Below, in pieces: positions 10,799-20,456 of a stretch of DNA of 64,000 bases (position 1 is the first letter of the stretch; the number at the start of each line of letters is the position of its first letter). The DNA is taken from the sequence record OK331996.1, one strand, 5' to 3'. The notes beneath the pieces are model-generated. The model had not been told where the DNA came from. It saw only the letters and a program-made list of their open reading frames with translations, and made no database searches. The DNA is from Escherichia phage vB_EcoM-G157lw. The position numbers and the translations under genes are program-made.

Positions 10799-11622
10799 TG
10801 GCTATTTTTCAAATAATTAATGAAAGCACTCCCCAAGTTCCAAAGGTTAAGCAATCATTAAACGAAAAGAAATGGATTCAGATAGGTCTTGAATATAAAA
10901 AGGCCAAAGCAAAAGGAATGACAGGAAAGCAATTTGCTGAAGAAAGAGGAATCAAATACTCTACGTTTACTTCGGCAATGTCAAAATATGCTTCAGGAAT
11001 TAAAACAGCTGAAAAGATTCAAAAGCTTGAATCAAAACCAATGAATAAGCTCAATAAGCAAGAAAGACAACTGCTTATGATAAATTCATTCAGACAAACA
11101 TTGCGTGATAAAATTCGTAATGAAGGCGCAGCAATTAATAATAAAACCAGAAAATGGTTTGCTGAAACTATTAAGCAAGTAAAAGGACATAAAGTTGTTC
11201 GCCCGCAGCCGGGACGAATATATGCTTTTGCTTATGATGCTAAACACAAGGAAACTCTTCCTTACTGGGATAAATTTCCTTTGATAATTTACCTTGGTTT
11301 AGGTAAGCATAATTTAATGTACGGATTAAACTTGCACTATATTCCACCTAAAGCTCGTCAGCAATTTCTAGAAGAGCTTTTAAAGCAATATGCAAATACA
11401 CCTACTATTACTAATAAAACGAAATTAAAAATTGATTGGAGTCAAGTGAAAGGATTTAGGGGTGCAGACCAAATGATTAAGGCATATATACCCGGTAATA
11501 TTATGGGTAGCCTTGTTGAAATCGCCCCGAAAGACTGGGCGAACGTTGTGTTGATGCCACTTCAGCAGTTCGTTTCAAAAGGAAAACGTTTCTCTGCAAA
11601 CAAAGTCTGGTCAAATATCTAA
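10798..11622 (+). CDS. 2: DNA end protector protein gp2
   Basis: 274 aa, ATGA-type junction with gene 4, synteny. Confidence 0.85.
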
Positions 11623-11728
11623 TTCTATTATCTTCCATTCTTTTCTGTTGTTTGTTCTAAATGGAATTGAATGGAAGGGACTTAGACCCATTATACCACC
11701 AACAGTTATAAAGCATTATGAGGAATAT

Positions 11729-12259
11729 ATGTCGCAAGCTCTGCAACAAATTTTTAACCAAGCAAATACAACTAACTTTGTAGTATCAATACCACATAGT
11801 AATACTACATCTGCTTTTACTTTAAATGCTCAGTCAGTTCCTATTCCAGGAATTAGAATACCTGTTACTGATACCGTGACTGGGCCGTTTGGACTGGGCC
11901 GAGCACAACGTCCAGGTGTTACATTTGAGTATGATCCACTCATTGTGAGATTTATAGTTGATGAAGAACTTAAGTCATGGATAGGAATGTATGAATGGAT
12001 GCTAGGAACTAGCAACTATCTTACAGGTGAAAATACTGCCCAAAAAACAGGTCCTGAGTACATTACGCTTTACATCTTAGATAATAGCAAAACTGAAATC
12101 GTGATGTCAATAAATTTTTATAAGCCTTGGGTTTCTGACCTATCTGAAGTAGAATTTAGCTATACGGAAGATTCAGACCCGGCTTTAGTATGTACTGCAA
12201 CGATTCCTTACACCTATTTTCAAGTAGAAAAAGATGGAAAAATTATAGCAGAAGTTTAA
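11729..12259 (+). CDS. 3: tail completion and sheath stabilizer gp3
   Basis: ORF 11648 trimmed to ATG 11729 (GAGG RBS), giving 176 aa MSQALQQIFNQ... Confidence 0.8.
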   Translation: MSQALQQIFNQANTTNFVVSIPHSNTTSAFTLNAQSVPIPGIRIPVTDTVTGPFGLGRAQRPGVTFEYDPLIVRFIVDEELKSWIGMYEWMLGTSNYLTGENTAQKTGPEYITLYILDNSKTEIVMSINFYKPWVSDLSEVEFSYTEDSDPALVCTATIPYTYFQVEKDGKIIAEV

Positions 12260-12308
12260 TGCTTCAGTTTTGTGTGTTATAATCTTAATTAAATTTGAGG
12301 AGAAACAC

Positions 12309-13033
12309 ATGAAACTAATCTTTTTAAGCGGTGTAAAGCGTAGTGGAAAAGATACTACTGCTGATTTTATCATGAGCAATTATTCTGCAGTTAAATACCA
12401 ACTTGCTGGTCCTATTAAGGATGCATTGGCTTATGCATGGGGAGTATTTGCAGCAAACACTGGCTATCCTTGCTTAACTCGTAAAGAGTTTGAAGGAATT
12501 GACTATGATCGTGAGACTAATTTAAATCTGACTAAATTAGAAGTAATTACGATTATGGAACAAGCATTTTGCTATCTTAATGGTAAAAGCCCAATTAAGG
12601 GTGTGTTTGTTTTTGATGACGAAGGACAAGAATCAGTTAATTCCGTAGCATTTAACAAGATTATTGACGTTATAAATAATATTGAAGATCAATGGTCAGT
12701 CCGTCGTCTGATGCAAGCCCTAGGTACGGATTTGATTGTTAATAACTTCGACCGCATGTACTGGGTAAAATTATTTGCTTTAGATTATCTTGATAAATTT
12801 AACTCAGGTTATGATTATTATATCGTTCCTGATACTCGTCAAGATCATGAAATGGATGCGGCTAGGGCGATGGGTGCTACGGTAATTCATGTAGTTCGTC
12901 CTGGTCAAAAATCCAATGATACACATATTACAGAAGCTGGATTGCCAATTCGTGATGGCGATTTAGTAATTACAAACGATGGTTCTCTTGAAGAACTTTT
13001 TTCTAAAATTAAAAATACACTAAAGGTACTATA

Positions 13034-13034
<1 letters not shown>
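12309..13034 (+). CDS. 1: deoxynucleoside monophosphate kinase gp1
   Basis: trimmed to ATG 12309; 241 aa MKLIFLSGVKRSGKDTTADFI... with P-loop. Confidence 0.9.
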
Positions 13035-13731
<697 letters not shown>

Positions 13732-13744
13732 TTTCACAAAGTTG

Positions 13745-13776
13745 TTTACACGATGATGGAGAAGTGATATTATCTC
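13745..13776 (+). promoter_or_regulatory. T4-type early promoter (GTTTAC -35, TGATATTAT -10)
   Basis: AT-rich upstream, GTTTACA, about 17 nt spacer, -10 like. Confidence 0.5.
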
Positions 13777-13808
13777 CATCAACACATTTATTAATTTAGG
13801 AAAATAAA

Positions 13809-14093
13809 ATGAAAACTTATCAAGAATTCACTTCAACGACTAACGCTTCTACTTTGACTGAAGCGACCCTTACTTCTGAAGTTATTAAAGCAAACAAAGG
13901 ACGTGAAGGTAAACCGATGATTAGCCTGGTTGATGGCGAAGAAGTCAAAGGTACTGTTTACCTGGGTGATGGATGGTCCGCTAAGAAAGATGGTGCTACA
14001 ATCGTTATCTCCCCTGCTGAAGAAACTGCTTTGTTTAAAGCCAAGCATATTTCAGTAGCTCAGCTTAAAATTATTGCTAAAAATCTTTTGTAA
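13809..14093 (+). CDS. ipI: internal head protein IPI with capsid targeting sequence
   Basis: 94 aa, N-terminal MKTYQEFTS... CTS-like leader; position after 57B. Confidence 0.8.
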   Translation: MKTYQEFTSTTNASTLTEATLTSEVIKANKGREGKPMISLVDGEEVKGTVYLGDGWSAKKDGATIVISPAEETALFKAKHISVAQLKIIAKNLL

Positions 14094-14111
14094 TAAATTT
14101 TTCGCAAAGTT

Positions 14112-14141
14112 GTTTACACAGGGTTTTAGTAGTGATACTAT
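14112..14141 (+). promoter_or_regulatory. early promoter (GTTTAC / GATACTAT)
   Basis: same architecture as the other early promoters in the window. Confidence 0.45.
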
Positions 14142-14169
14142 TACCCTATCAACTACTGAGGAGAATAAA

Positions 14170-14355
14170 ATGAAACGTTGTGAATTAATTCGAAATGTTG
14201 CTATCGCAATTTCTGCTTCCGCTTTTAGTTTTTCAATGTTTGTTGGATTTATATGCGGATTATTAACTACAGCAGAAAATGTATTTTCACTTGTAGTAGC
14301 ATTTTTAATTGGTTTAATTGCTATCGTTATGGATAAAATTTCTAAAGGTGAGTAA
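14170..14355 (+). CDS. small membrane protein
   Basis: ATG 14170 after GGAGAATAAA RBS; 61 aa with hydrophobic core. Confidence 0.55.
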   Translation: MKRCELIRNVAIAISASAFSFSMFVGFICGLLTTAENVFSLVVAFLIGLIAIVMDKISKGE

Positions 14356-14356
14356 A

Positions 14357-14737
14357 ATGTATAAAGTATATGCAGATTATCAGGCTAATCCATCTGAAAA
14401 GCCAGATTGCCAAATTGGATGGGCTCATGATACCTTGCTTGAAGCAGTAGATGCTGCTCAAAAATTAGGATATAGTTATGTAGATATTGTTCAACCTGGT
14501 GGAACAGTTATTACTCTTGAAGAGTTCAATAACATTAAACCAAACTTTTTACTTTTTGCAGGTGATAATTATTATCCTCGCGGTGGATATGCTGATTTAA
14601 TCGCGAAAGCCGCTACCGAAGATGAACTCCGTGACATTATCAAAGAAAATGAGAACAAACCAATGTATGGTTCTAATCGCTTTGATTGGTGGCAAATTGT
14701 AAATGCCCACACTCATACTATTGTTGATGAAGGGTAA
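14357..14737 (+). CDS. hypothetical protein
   Basis: ATG 14357 after GGTGAG RBS; 126 aa. Confidence 0.55.
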   Translation: MYKVYADYQANPSEKPDCQIGWAHDTLLEAVDAAQKLGYSYVDIVQPGGTVITLEEFNNIKPNFLLFAGDNYYPRGGYADLIAKAATEDELRDIIKENENKPMYGSNRFDWWQIVNAHTHTIVDEG

Positions 14738-14740
14738 ATA

Positions 14741-15028
14741 ATGATTCTTTATGCAAAAGTATCATCCATTGAAAATGGATATAAATATGATCAAGAAGCA
14801 GCTAAAGCCTTGATTGATGATTATGGTATTTTAACATGTTTTGAAGTTGAAAAAGTTTACATTGACCGTTCATCTTCTCAAGTTAAATTAGTGAAGGAAG
14901 ACCATAAATTTAATACAGTAAATTTTGATTTCTTTATTGAAACAGAAAAAGGTCCTCTTGAATATGATATTTTCAAGAATCCTTTGGGTCTTGAGTGCAT
15001 CGTAAATATGTATTATCATAAATGGTAA
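14741..15028 (+). CDS. hypothetical protein
   Basis: 95 aa ORF, tightly packed with upstream gene. Confidence 0.55.
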   Translation: MILYAKVSSIENGYKYDQEAAKALIDDYGILTCFEVEKVYIDRSSSQVKLVKEDHKFNTVNFDFFIETEKGPLEYDIFKNPLGLECIVNMYYHKW

Positions 15029-15093
15029 ATATGCTTTAAGAATTATTTGTTATTATTAACTCATACCGCACTGATTAATACCCTCTATCATCA

Positions 15094-15119
15094 AGGGCTC
15101 TTGCTTGAGAGCCTTTGTT
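15094..15119 (+). terminator. hairpin plus T-run upstream of tRNA array
   Basis: GGGCTCT tgct TGAGAGCC then TTTGTT. Confidence 0.45.
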
Positions 15120-15125
15120 AATAAT

Positions 15126-15198
15126 TGGGAATTAGCCAAGTTGGTAAGGCACTGGATTTTGATTCCAGGATGCAAAGGTTCGAGTCCTTTATTCCCAG
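15126..15198 (+). tRNA. tRNA-Gln (anticodon UUG)
   Basis: manual cloverleaf: acceptor TGGGAAT/ATTCCCA, anticodon loop TTTTGAT, T-loop GGTTCGAGTCC. Confidence 0.8.
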
Positions 15199-15199
15199 C

Positions 15200-15286
15200 G
15201 CGAGAATGGTCAAATTGGTAAAGGCACAGCACTTAAAATGCTGCGGAATGATTTCCTTGTGGGTTCGAGTCCCACTTCTCGCACCA
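15200..15286 (+). tRNA. tRNA-Leu (anticodon UAA), class II
   Basis: acceptor GCGAGAA/TTCTCGC, loop CTTAAAA, long variable arm, encoded CCA. Confidence 0.8.
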
Positions 15287-15291
15287 AATTT

Positions 15292-15365
<74 letters not shown>

Positions 15366-15375
15366 ATTTAATTTA

Positions 15376-15449
15376 CTCCGTGTAGCTCAGTTTGGTAGAG
15401 CGCCTGATTTGGGATCAGGAGGTCCAAGGTTCAAATCCTTGTATGGAGA
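15376..15449 (+). tRNA. tRNA-Pro (anticodon UGG)
   Basis: anticodon stem CCTGA/TCAGG, loop TTTGGGA, T-loop GGTTCAAATCC. Confidence 0.75.
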
Positions 15450-15451
15450 CT

Positions 15452-15541
15452 GGAGGCGTGGCAGAGTGGTTTAATGCACCGGTCTTGAAAACCGGCAGTC
15501 GCTCCGGCGACTCATAGGTTCAAATCCTATCGCCTCCGCCA
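15452..15541 (+). tRNA. tRNA-Ser (anticodon UGA), class II
   Basis: acceptor GGAGGCG/CGCCTCC, loop CTTGAAA, long variable arm, CCA. Confidence 0.8.
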
Positions 15542-15546
15542 GTTTT

Positions 15547-15622
15547 GCTGATTTAGCTCAGTAGGTAGAGCAACTCACTTGTAATGAGAAGGTCGGCGGT
15601 TCGATTCCGTCAATCAGCACCA
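15547..15622 (+). tRNA. tRNA-Thr (anticodon UGU)
   Basis: acceptor GCTGATT/AATCAGC, loop CTTGTAA, CCA. Confidence 0.8.
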
Positions 15623-15623
15623 A

Positions 15624-15698
15624 GGCCCTGTAGCTGGAAGGTTCAAGCAAGCGACTCATAATCGCCAGATGGTGGTTCAATTCCACCCAGGGCCACCA
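15624..15698 (+). tRNA. tRNA with CAU anticodon (Ile2 lysidine-type, or Met)
   Basis: acceptor GGCCCTG/CAGGGCC, loop CTCATAA, CCA; T4 tRNA-Ile position. Confidence 0.75.
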
Positions 15699-15710
15699 AA
15701 TTATGAATTA

Positions 15711-15797
15711 GGGGAGTTATCCCGTAGAGGTAGCGGTGTGGACTGTAAATCCATTGTCATTGCGACTCGGGTGGTTCGACTCCATCACTCCCCACCA
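15711..15797 (+). tRNA. tRNA-Tyr (anticodon GUA), class II
   Basis: acceptor GGGGAGT/ACTCCCC, loop CTGTAAA, long variable arm, CCA. Confidence 0.75.
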
Positions 15798-15801
15798 ATT
15801 T

Positions 15802-15876
15802 GGATGTGTAGCTCAATGGCAGAGCGATCGCCTGTTAAGCGATTGGTTATAGGTTCGAATCCTATCACGTCCGCCA
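15802..15876 (+). tRNA. tRNA-Asn (anticodon GUU)
   Basis: anticodon stem ATCGC/GCGAT, loop CTGTTAA, T-loop GGTTCGAATCC, CCA. Confidence 0.75.
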
Positions 15877-15990
15877 AATTTGTGACAGTTGTCACATTAA
15901 TATCTACTTGACGCGATTATCGGGGTTGAACTGATCACTCTTCTCTTAATTTCGTGTGAAGACATCTTGATTGTTGGAGTAGGTATTAAT

Positions 15991-16066
15991 GTGGCCGTAG
16001 TTCAGTTGGTAGAACTCGAGATTGTGATTCTCGTAGTCATGGGTTCGACTCCCATCGGTCACCCCA
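15991..16066 (+). tRNA. tRNA-His (anticodon GUG)
   Basis: anticodon stem CGAGA/TCTCG, loop TTGTGAT, T-loop GGTTCGACTCC, CCA. Confidence 0.75.
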
Positions 16067-16070
16067 ATTA

Positions 16071-16146
16071 CGGGGCATAGCTCAGAAGGAAGAGCAAGGA
16101 CCTTCTAAGTCCTAGGTCGTAGGTTCGATCCCTACTGCCTCGACCA
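16071..16146 (+). tRNA. tRNA-Arg (anticodon UCU)
   Basis: anticodon stem AGGAC/GTCCT, loop CTTCTAA, T-loop GGTTCGATCC, CCA. Confidence 0.8.
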
Positions 16147-16162
16147 ATTAAGTGAGGAAAAT

Positions 16163-16513
16163 ATGAAAGGTAATGTTTATTTAGTAGTTCATGATTTAAC
16201 ATTTTACTTCAATGAATATGAAAAACATATCTCATTTCGTGAAATTAATTTACTTTATCAACACGCGGATTATATTTATATTCAAAACGAATTTGGTCAT
16301 TGGCAATTTCTCAAAAATCGTTCATTTGGCTTAGATGGTTACGAATACTTTGAACGTAAAGACCTTTTAGATAAAATTCCGTTATCTACACAATATCAAA
16401 ATCACAAGTCTTTATATAAATGCCGTCCAATTCGAAATGCTGAATCTGCGTATGAAGCAATTGATTTATGGCGTAAACGTCGTGAACAGATTGATGCTTT
16501 AAAAGAATATTAA
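16163..16513 (+). CDS. hypothetical protein
   Basis: 116 aa ORF, RBS GAGGAAAA, directly after tRNA-Arg. Confidence 0.55.
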   Translation: MKGNVYLVVHDLTFYFNEYEKHISFREINLLYQHADYIYIQNEFGHWQFLKNRSFGLDGYEYFERKDLLDKIPLSTQYQNHKSLYKCRPIRNAESAYEAIDLWRKRREQIDALKEY

Positions 16514-16519
16514 GAAACC

Positions 16520-16826
16520 GGGTCGCTACCGGTAAGTCGTCGGACTGATGTTCCCTGAGTAAGGAATTGTGTTAATAAATCTTTATGATTTGTTGATGCC
16601 CTCTTACATCACAGCTGAAACGGCGCACCGAATTATCGATTCGAGGAAATATCTTTGCCGTAAGCCGAGTAGCGTTTTTGACGGAACGTTCGGATATGGT
16701 CGAGATATGGCCTTTTAAAAATATTGAGTAGCGTCAACTGCTTGATAACCGGGTTCGAATCCCGGCGTTTCGTACAAACACTTGCCTTAGCAGGTGGAAC
16801 CCCGACAAGGTTGCCGCAAGGCTTAG
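16520..16826 (+). ncRNA. ORF-free structured region, candidate small stable RNA(s) comparable to T4 species 1/2 RNAs
   Basis: about 310 nt without ORF; T-arm-like CCGGGTTCGAATCCCGG; ends at strong terminator. Confidence 0.35.
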
Positions 16827-16852
16827 CCCCAGCCGAAAGGTTGGGGCTTTTT
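16827..16852 (+). terminator. intrinsic terminator, GNRA-loop hairpin
   Basis: CCCCAGCC gaaa GGTTGGGG then CTTTTT. Confidence 0.7.
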
Positions 16853-16854
16853 AG

Positions 16855-16862
16855 TATAAATA
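16855..16862 (+). promoter_or_regulatory. late promoter TATAAATA
   Basis: exact TATAAATA 37 nt upstream of ATG 16899. Confidence 0.55.
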
Positions 16863-16898
16863 AGTATATTAAATCTACAAATTAAAACAGGAAATAAG

Positions 16899-17372
16899 AT
16901 GAAATCATATACTCAATTTTTAAATGAAGCGGTGTTAAATGAAGCATCTAGCACCGAAATTCAAGCTGTCGCAAAAGCAGCCATTGCAGCGGGTAAATAT
17001 TCTTACAAAGATGCTTCTGATGAATCACGATTCCAGTTCGCACGCGACATGAAAGCGGAAGGATTTACGGGAAATGCAGTTAGTATGGCCTGGAAAAGTT
17101 TAGTTGCTACTGGCGCTGCTTTTGCAAAGGCTTCGGGTAAACCTGCTCCTAAAGCAGATCCTAAAGTCGCACAAGAGAAAAATATTGTTAAAGGAATTAT
17201 CTCCAAATATGAAGCTATCCTTAAAGAGCTTTTAGTAATCAAAACTGAAGGCCAAAAACTAGCTCGTGCTTATAGTTTCAAAGATAACCCACATGCTCAC
17301 TCTCTTGAGTATGTTGAAGACATCCAAAAAATTATTAAAGACCGCATTTGGTCTGCTAAACAAATCAAATAA
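16899..17372 (+). CDS. internal-protein-like protein with capsid targeting leader
   Basis: 157 aa, N-terminus MKSYTQFLNEA resembles CTS of T4 IP proteins; late promoter upstream. Confidence 0.65.
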   Translation: MKSYTQFLNEAVLNEASSTEIQAVAKAAIAAGKYSYKDASDESRFQFARDMKAEGFTGNAVSMAWKSLVATGAAFAKASGKPAPKADPKVAQEKNIVKGIISKYEAILKELLVIKTEGQKLARAYSFKDNPHAHSLEYVEDIQKIIKDRIWSAKQIK

Positions 17373-17381
17373 CATTCTTAG

Positions 17382-17407
17382 CCCTAGCCGAAAGGTTGGG
17401 GCTTTTT
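17382..17407 (+). terminator. intrinsic terminator (near copy of 16827 hairpin)
   Basis: CCCTAGCC gaaa GGTTGGGG then CTTTTT. Confidence 0.7.
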
Positions 17408-17540
17408 GGTATCTAGGCCTTTCCAGGCCTCTCTAGACATCATTTAGTTTCTACCCTTTATAATATATTATCCTATCCTTTGATTTCCCCTCCCTGCCCT
17501 AGAATTCCCCAAAACTTTTTAAAAATTTTTTCACAAAACT

Positions 17541-17570
17541 GTTTACATCCTTGTCCTTCCATGGTACTAT
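17541..17570 (+). promoter_or_regulatory. early promoter with conserved leader (PeSL-like cassette)
   Basis: GTTTAC, TACTAT, then conserved ACAACTATCAACTACTGATACAG leader. Confidence 0.55.
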
Positions 17571-17613
17571 ACAACTATCAACTACTGATACAGAAAACAA
17601 CTTGGAGAATGAA

Positions 17614-17877
17614 ATGGATAATTACGGTGAACTGTTCAACTTCTTTATGAAATGTGTTTCAGAAGATTTCGGTCGTACGGTGAATGATATTAAAGTTATC
17701 GGTCCTGATCATCCGATGTTTGAAACCTATGCAGTAATGGGTAATGAAGATGGTCAGTGGTATACTGTAAAGGTTGTGATTAACATGTTCACTGCTGAAG
17801 GTTATGTTAAACTGTCTTCTAAAGTTTACCATGATAACGACGAAATCGCAGAAGAATATTTCAATAATATGAAATAA
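17614..17877 (+). CDS. hypothetical acidic protein
   Basis: ATG 17614 after GGAG; track start 17551 is a TTG extension; 87 aa. Confidence 0.6.
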   Translation: MDNYGELFNFFMKCVSEDFGRTVNDIKVIGPDHPMFETYAVMGNEDGQWYTVKVVINMFTAEGYVKLSSKVYHDNDEIAEEYFNNMK

Positions 17878-17933
17878 GTTTACATAGGCTCATGATTGAG
17901 ATATTATGAGCCTATAATTTGAGGAAAACTGTT

Positions 17934-18452
17934 ATGTCTCTTTATACCGAACTGAATGAAACTTCCGAAAAATCTTTTGATGGTATCTTATCAATAATGC
18001 AAAAGCAGGTATTAGAAGAGCTTAGTGAAGCCGCAAGCAATGGGTACAAAGCTTGTCGAGTTCAAAGCCCACATCGCCGCATGTATGAACGCCCTCTTAT
18101 TAATTGGCTAGAAAGCGAAGGTCTTACGGTTAAGATTTGCCCTGCTAAATTTGATGTTCCACGTATTCTTAATATTTACTGGGATAAACCGGTTGAGAAA
18201 AGTGACACTTGGGTTGTTAATGTAAAAACATGCGATAATGGATGCTCACTTGAGGTGTCTGCTGTAATTAAAGGCACCCATGGTGAAAAATCGTGGGGTT
18301 GGCCTGGTAAAGATAAAGAAATCGTGTTAAGTGTAAAAGCTACTAGTATTAGTACTCCTATAGCTAAAAGCATTATCACTGCCGCTGTTGAAGAAGCTGA
18401 ACGAATTTGTAAAATTAAAAATAGTTTACATCTCTTAAGTAGCATGATATAA
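17934..18452 (+). CDS. hypothetical protein
   Basis: ATG 17934 after GAGGAAAA; 172 aa. Confidence 0.6.
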   Translation: MSLYTELNETSEKSFDGILSIMQKQVLEELSEAASNGYKACRVQSPHRRMYERPLINWLESEGLTVKICPAKFDVPRILNIYWDKPVEKSDTWVVNVKTCDNGCSLEVSAVIKGTHGEKSWGWPGKDKEIVLSVKATSISTPIAKSIITAAVEEAERICKIKNSLHLLSSMI

Positions 18453-18495
18453 TTCTTCTGCAGATTTTAATTTCTAATCAACCTAAGGAAATACT

Positions 18496-19089
18496 ATGAA
18501 CACACTGAAGAAAATTGTTGAGTTTATTCGCACTAAACTTGGTTCTGCTATGGCTAAAAATCTATCTGTTGAAGAGCAGTATACTGCCGCAGCAGCAAAA
18601 TTGCTTGATAAAATTAAAGATCTAAAAACTGCTTCTGTTAAATCTATTAATGAAGAAAAGCGTATTCGTGAACTTATTGTCGAAAAGAATAAGCAGGCCG
18701 AATCAAAAGAGCGTGAAATTCGCAAGCTCCTTTCTGAAGGTCAAGATGTAACAATGCATGCTAAACTCGGTTTACTATATCGTCGAACAGCTGAGCAGTT
18801 GACTACTAAAGCTGATGGTTATGCTGAAATGCGAATTGAAATCGCCAAGAAAGTAGTTGAGTTAGATGATGCTCGCCAAGAACTTGCAGTTAAATTGGAA
18901 TATATCCGTGAAACTCGCGCCGCGAATGCCCTTGGAATTAGTACTGCTGATGATGTAGTTGAAATTGCAGCACTGACTAAGGTTGATATTGAAGATACTC
19001 TTGCTCGAGTTGAAACCTTTAATGGTAATATTTCTGGGGTTGAAACTACCTCTGCCGATGTTCAGGAATATATTAATTCTCTGAAATAA
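18496..19089 (+). CDS. hypothetical coiled-coil protein
   Basis: 197 aa, heptad-rich, RBS AAGGAA. Confidence 0.6.
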
Positions 19090-19094
19090 TGATA

Positions 19095-19110
19095 AGGGGC
19101 TTCGGCCCCT
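19095..19110 (+). terminator. UUCG-loop hairpin (terminator or RNA-stability element)
   Basis: AGGGGC ttcg GCCCCT; no clear T-run. Confidence 0.35.
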
Positions 19111-19130
19111 ATTACTTGGAGTAAGTAGGA

Positions 19131-19739
19131 ATGAAAATGCAAAGTGATTTCAATTCAATGTTTGAAGAGTTCCAAAGACAGGTTGATGTTCCAGACCAAT
19201 TATTAAATGCTCTTAAACGTATGGCAGAAGGACGTAATTATTATTGGGGTTCTTCATATGAAACTGTTGAAAATCTTTCTGGAAGATTTTCTAGAGGTAA
19301 AAAGTCTTTAATACGTCCTGGAATACTTATTAACAGTATTGAATCAATTCATTTATTAACATGCGATTTTGACGTTGAATTTACTGATTTTGTTTCTCCT
19401 GAATGGACGGTCTGTTATTTAAACGACGATTATGATTATCTTGGCGTTTATAGTTTAAGTGATGCATGGTTTAAACGTAATTTACAAAAGTCAAATTTAT
19501 TCTATATTGATACTACTGTAAAATTTCAGGGCAAGAAATATTTCTTTACTCTTATAGTTGACTCTGAAACAAAATATGAAAATAAACGTATTCTTAGTAA
19601 AAAGAATATCTTAACTATTGTCGATGATCTTTTTGATAAATTCGTAGAAAATCCCAATTTTGAAAGCGATTTATTATTAGAAAAATTTGTTAAGGAATGT
19701 AGAGAATATGTCAAAACCATCACTATACCTTCCAAGTAA
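19131..19739 (+). CDS. hypothetical protein
   Basis: 202 aa ORF. Confidence 0.6.
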   Translation: MKMQSDFNSMFEEFQRQVDVPDQLLNALKRMAEGRNYYWGSSYETVENLSGRFSRGKKSLIRPGILINSIESIHLLTCDFDVEFTDFVSPEWTVCYLNDDYDYLGVYSLSDAWFKRNLQKSNLFYIDTTVKFQGKKYFFTLIVDSETKYENKRILSKKNILTIVDDLFDKFVENPNFESDLLLEKFVKECREYVKTITIPSK

Positions 19740-20100
19740 ACCGTTGAAGTATGAATTAAAGCGTCAGATAATTTCTACTGATGTGTTAATAGGTCCTGTG
19801 GTAGTTGTATCATTTGTGATTCTGGTGATTGCTGGAATGGTTATAGACGTTATGACTGATATTGAATCTGGTGCAATATTTGGAGCAACACTAATTCTTC
19901 CGTTGGTAGTTCCGCTTTTATTAGTACCTATAAATTGGATAGGATATTGGTATCAAGGAAGACACTATCGTAAACGTGTACGTGATTGGAAAGCTCAGTG
20001 TAAAAAGATTAAAAAGGAACATCAGCTTAAACTTGCTGCGCATGAATTTGATGAAATTATGAAATTTGTTAAGGAATCACGATGCAAAAGCCAAAACTAA
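19708..20100 (+). CDS. small membrane protein, paralog family member A
   Basis: ATG 19708 (track start is TTG); two predicted TM helices; C-terminus FVKESRCK. Confidence 0.55.
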   Translation: MSKPSLYLPSKPLKYELKRQIISTDVLIGPVVVVSFVILVIAGMVIDVMTDIESGAIFGATLILPLVVPLLLVPINWIGYWYQGRHYRKRVRDWKAQCKKIKKEHQLKLAAHEFDEIMKFVKESRCKSQN

Positions 20101-20456
20101 ATAAAGTCAAATATTCTCTTCCTGAGTCATTTTTAATTTTTACTGTAGCGTTGGCTGCATCTCTTGCGGGTAGTCTTTTTGGATTGTTAATTGACTGTCT
20201 TATTTTAAACATCCGTAGTAACGTCAGCGGTATAATAGATATAATAGAAGTTTGGAGTGAACTTCATTATACTATAGCGATTTCATTATTTTCATTCTTT
20301 GGTACAATGTTATATTTTCATTATGATAATTTTAAAATAAATTGGCAAAGAAAAAAAGATTACAAAATACAATTAAAGGAATATAATAGCTACATGTCTT
20401 ATATTGAAAAAGAATCAATGGAAGAGTTTGTGAGTGATTGTAGGAAAATTAAATGA
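20082..20456 (+). CDS. small membrane protein, paralog family member B
   Basis: 124 aa, TM helices, C-terminus EEFVSDCRKIK; RBS AAGGAA. Confidence 0.6.
   Translation: MQKPKLNKVKYSLPESFLIFTVALAASLAGSLFGLLIDCLILNIRSNVSGIIDIIEVWSELHYTIAISLFSFFGTMLYFHYDNFKINWQRKKDYKIQLKEYNSYMSYIEKESMEEFVSDCRKIK

Noticed and set aside
15624-15698. Calling the CAU-anticodon tRNA as initiator or elongator tRNA-Met
   Set aside because: It occupies the position of T4 tRNA-Ile, whose CAU anticodon is, as I recall, lysidine-modified to read AUA; Met cannot be excluded from sequence alone.
17551-17613. N-terminal extensions in the ORF track (e.g. 17551, 32443, 34524, 55443, 60299, 11648, 12270, 41259)
   Set aside because: Track starts are TTG/GTG or upstream ATG codons inside promoter/leader sequence or the upstream gene; an ATG with a proper GGAG-type RBS lies downstream and matches known T4 N-termini where checkable.
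18496-19089. PspA/IM30-like identity for the 197-aa coiled-coil protein
   Set aside because: Only coiled-coil composition is shared; no convincing motif-level similarity, so it is left as hypothetical.
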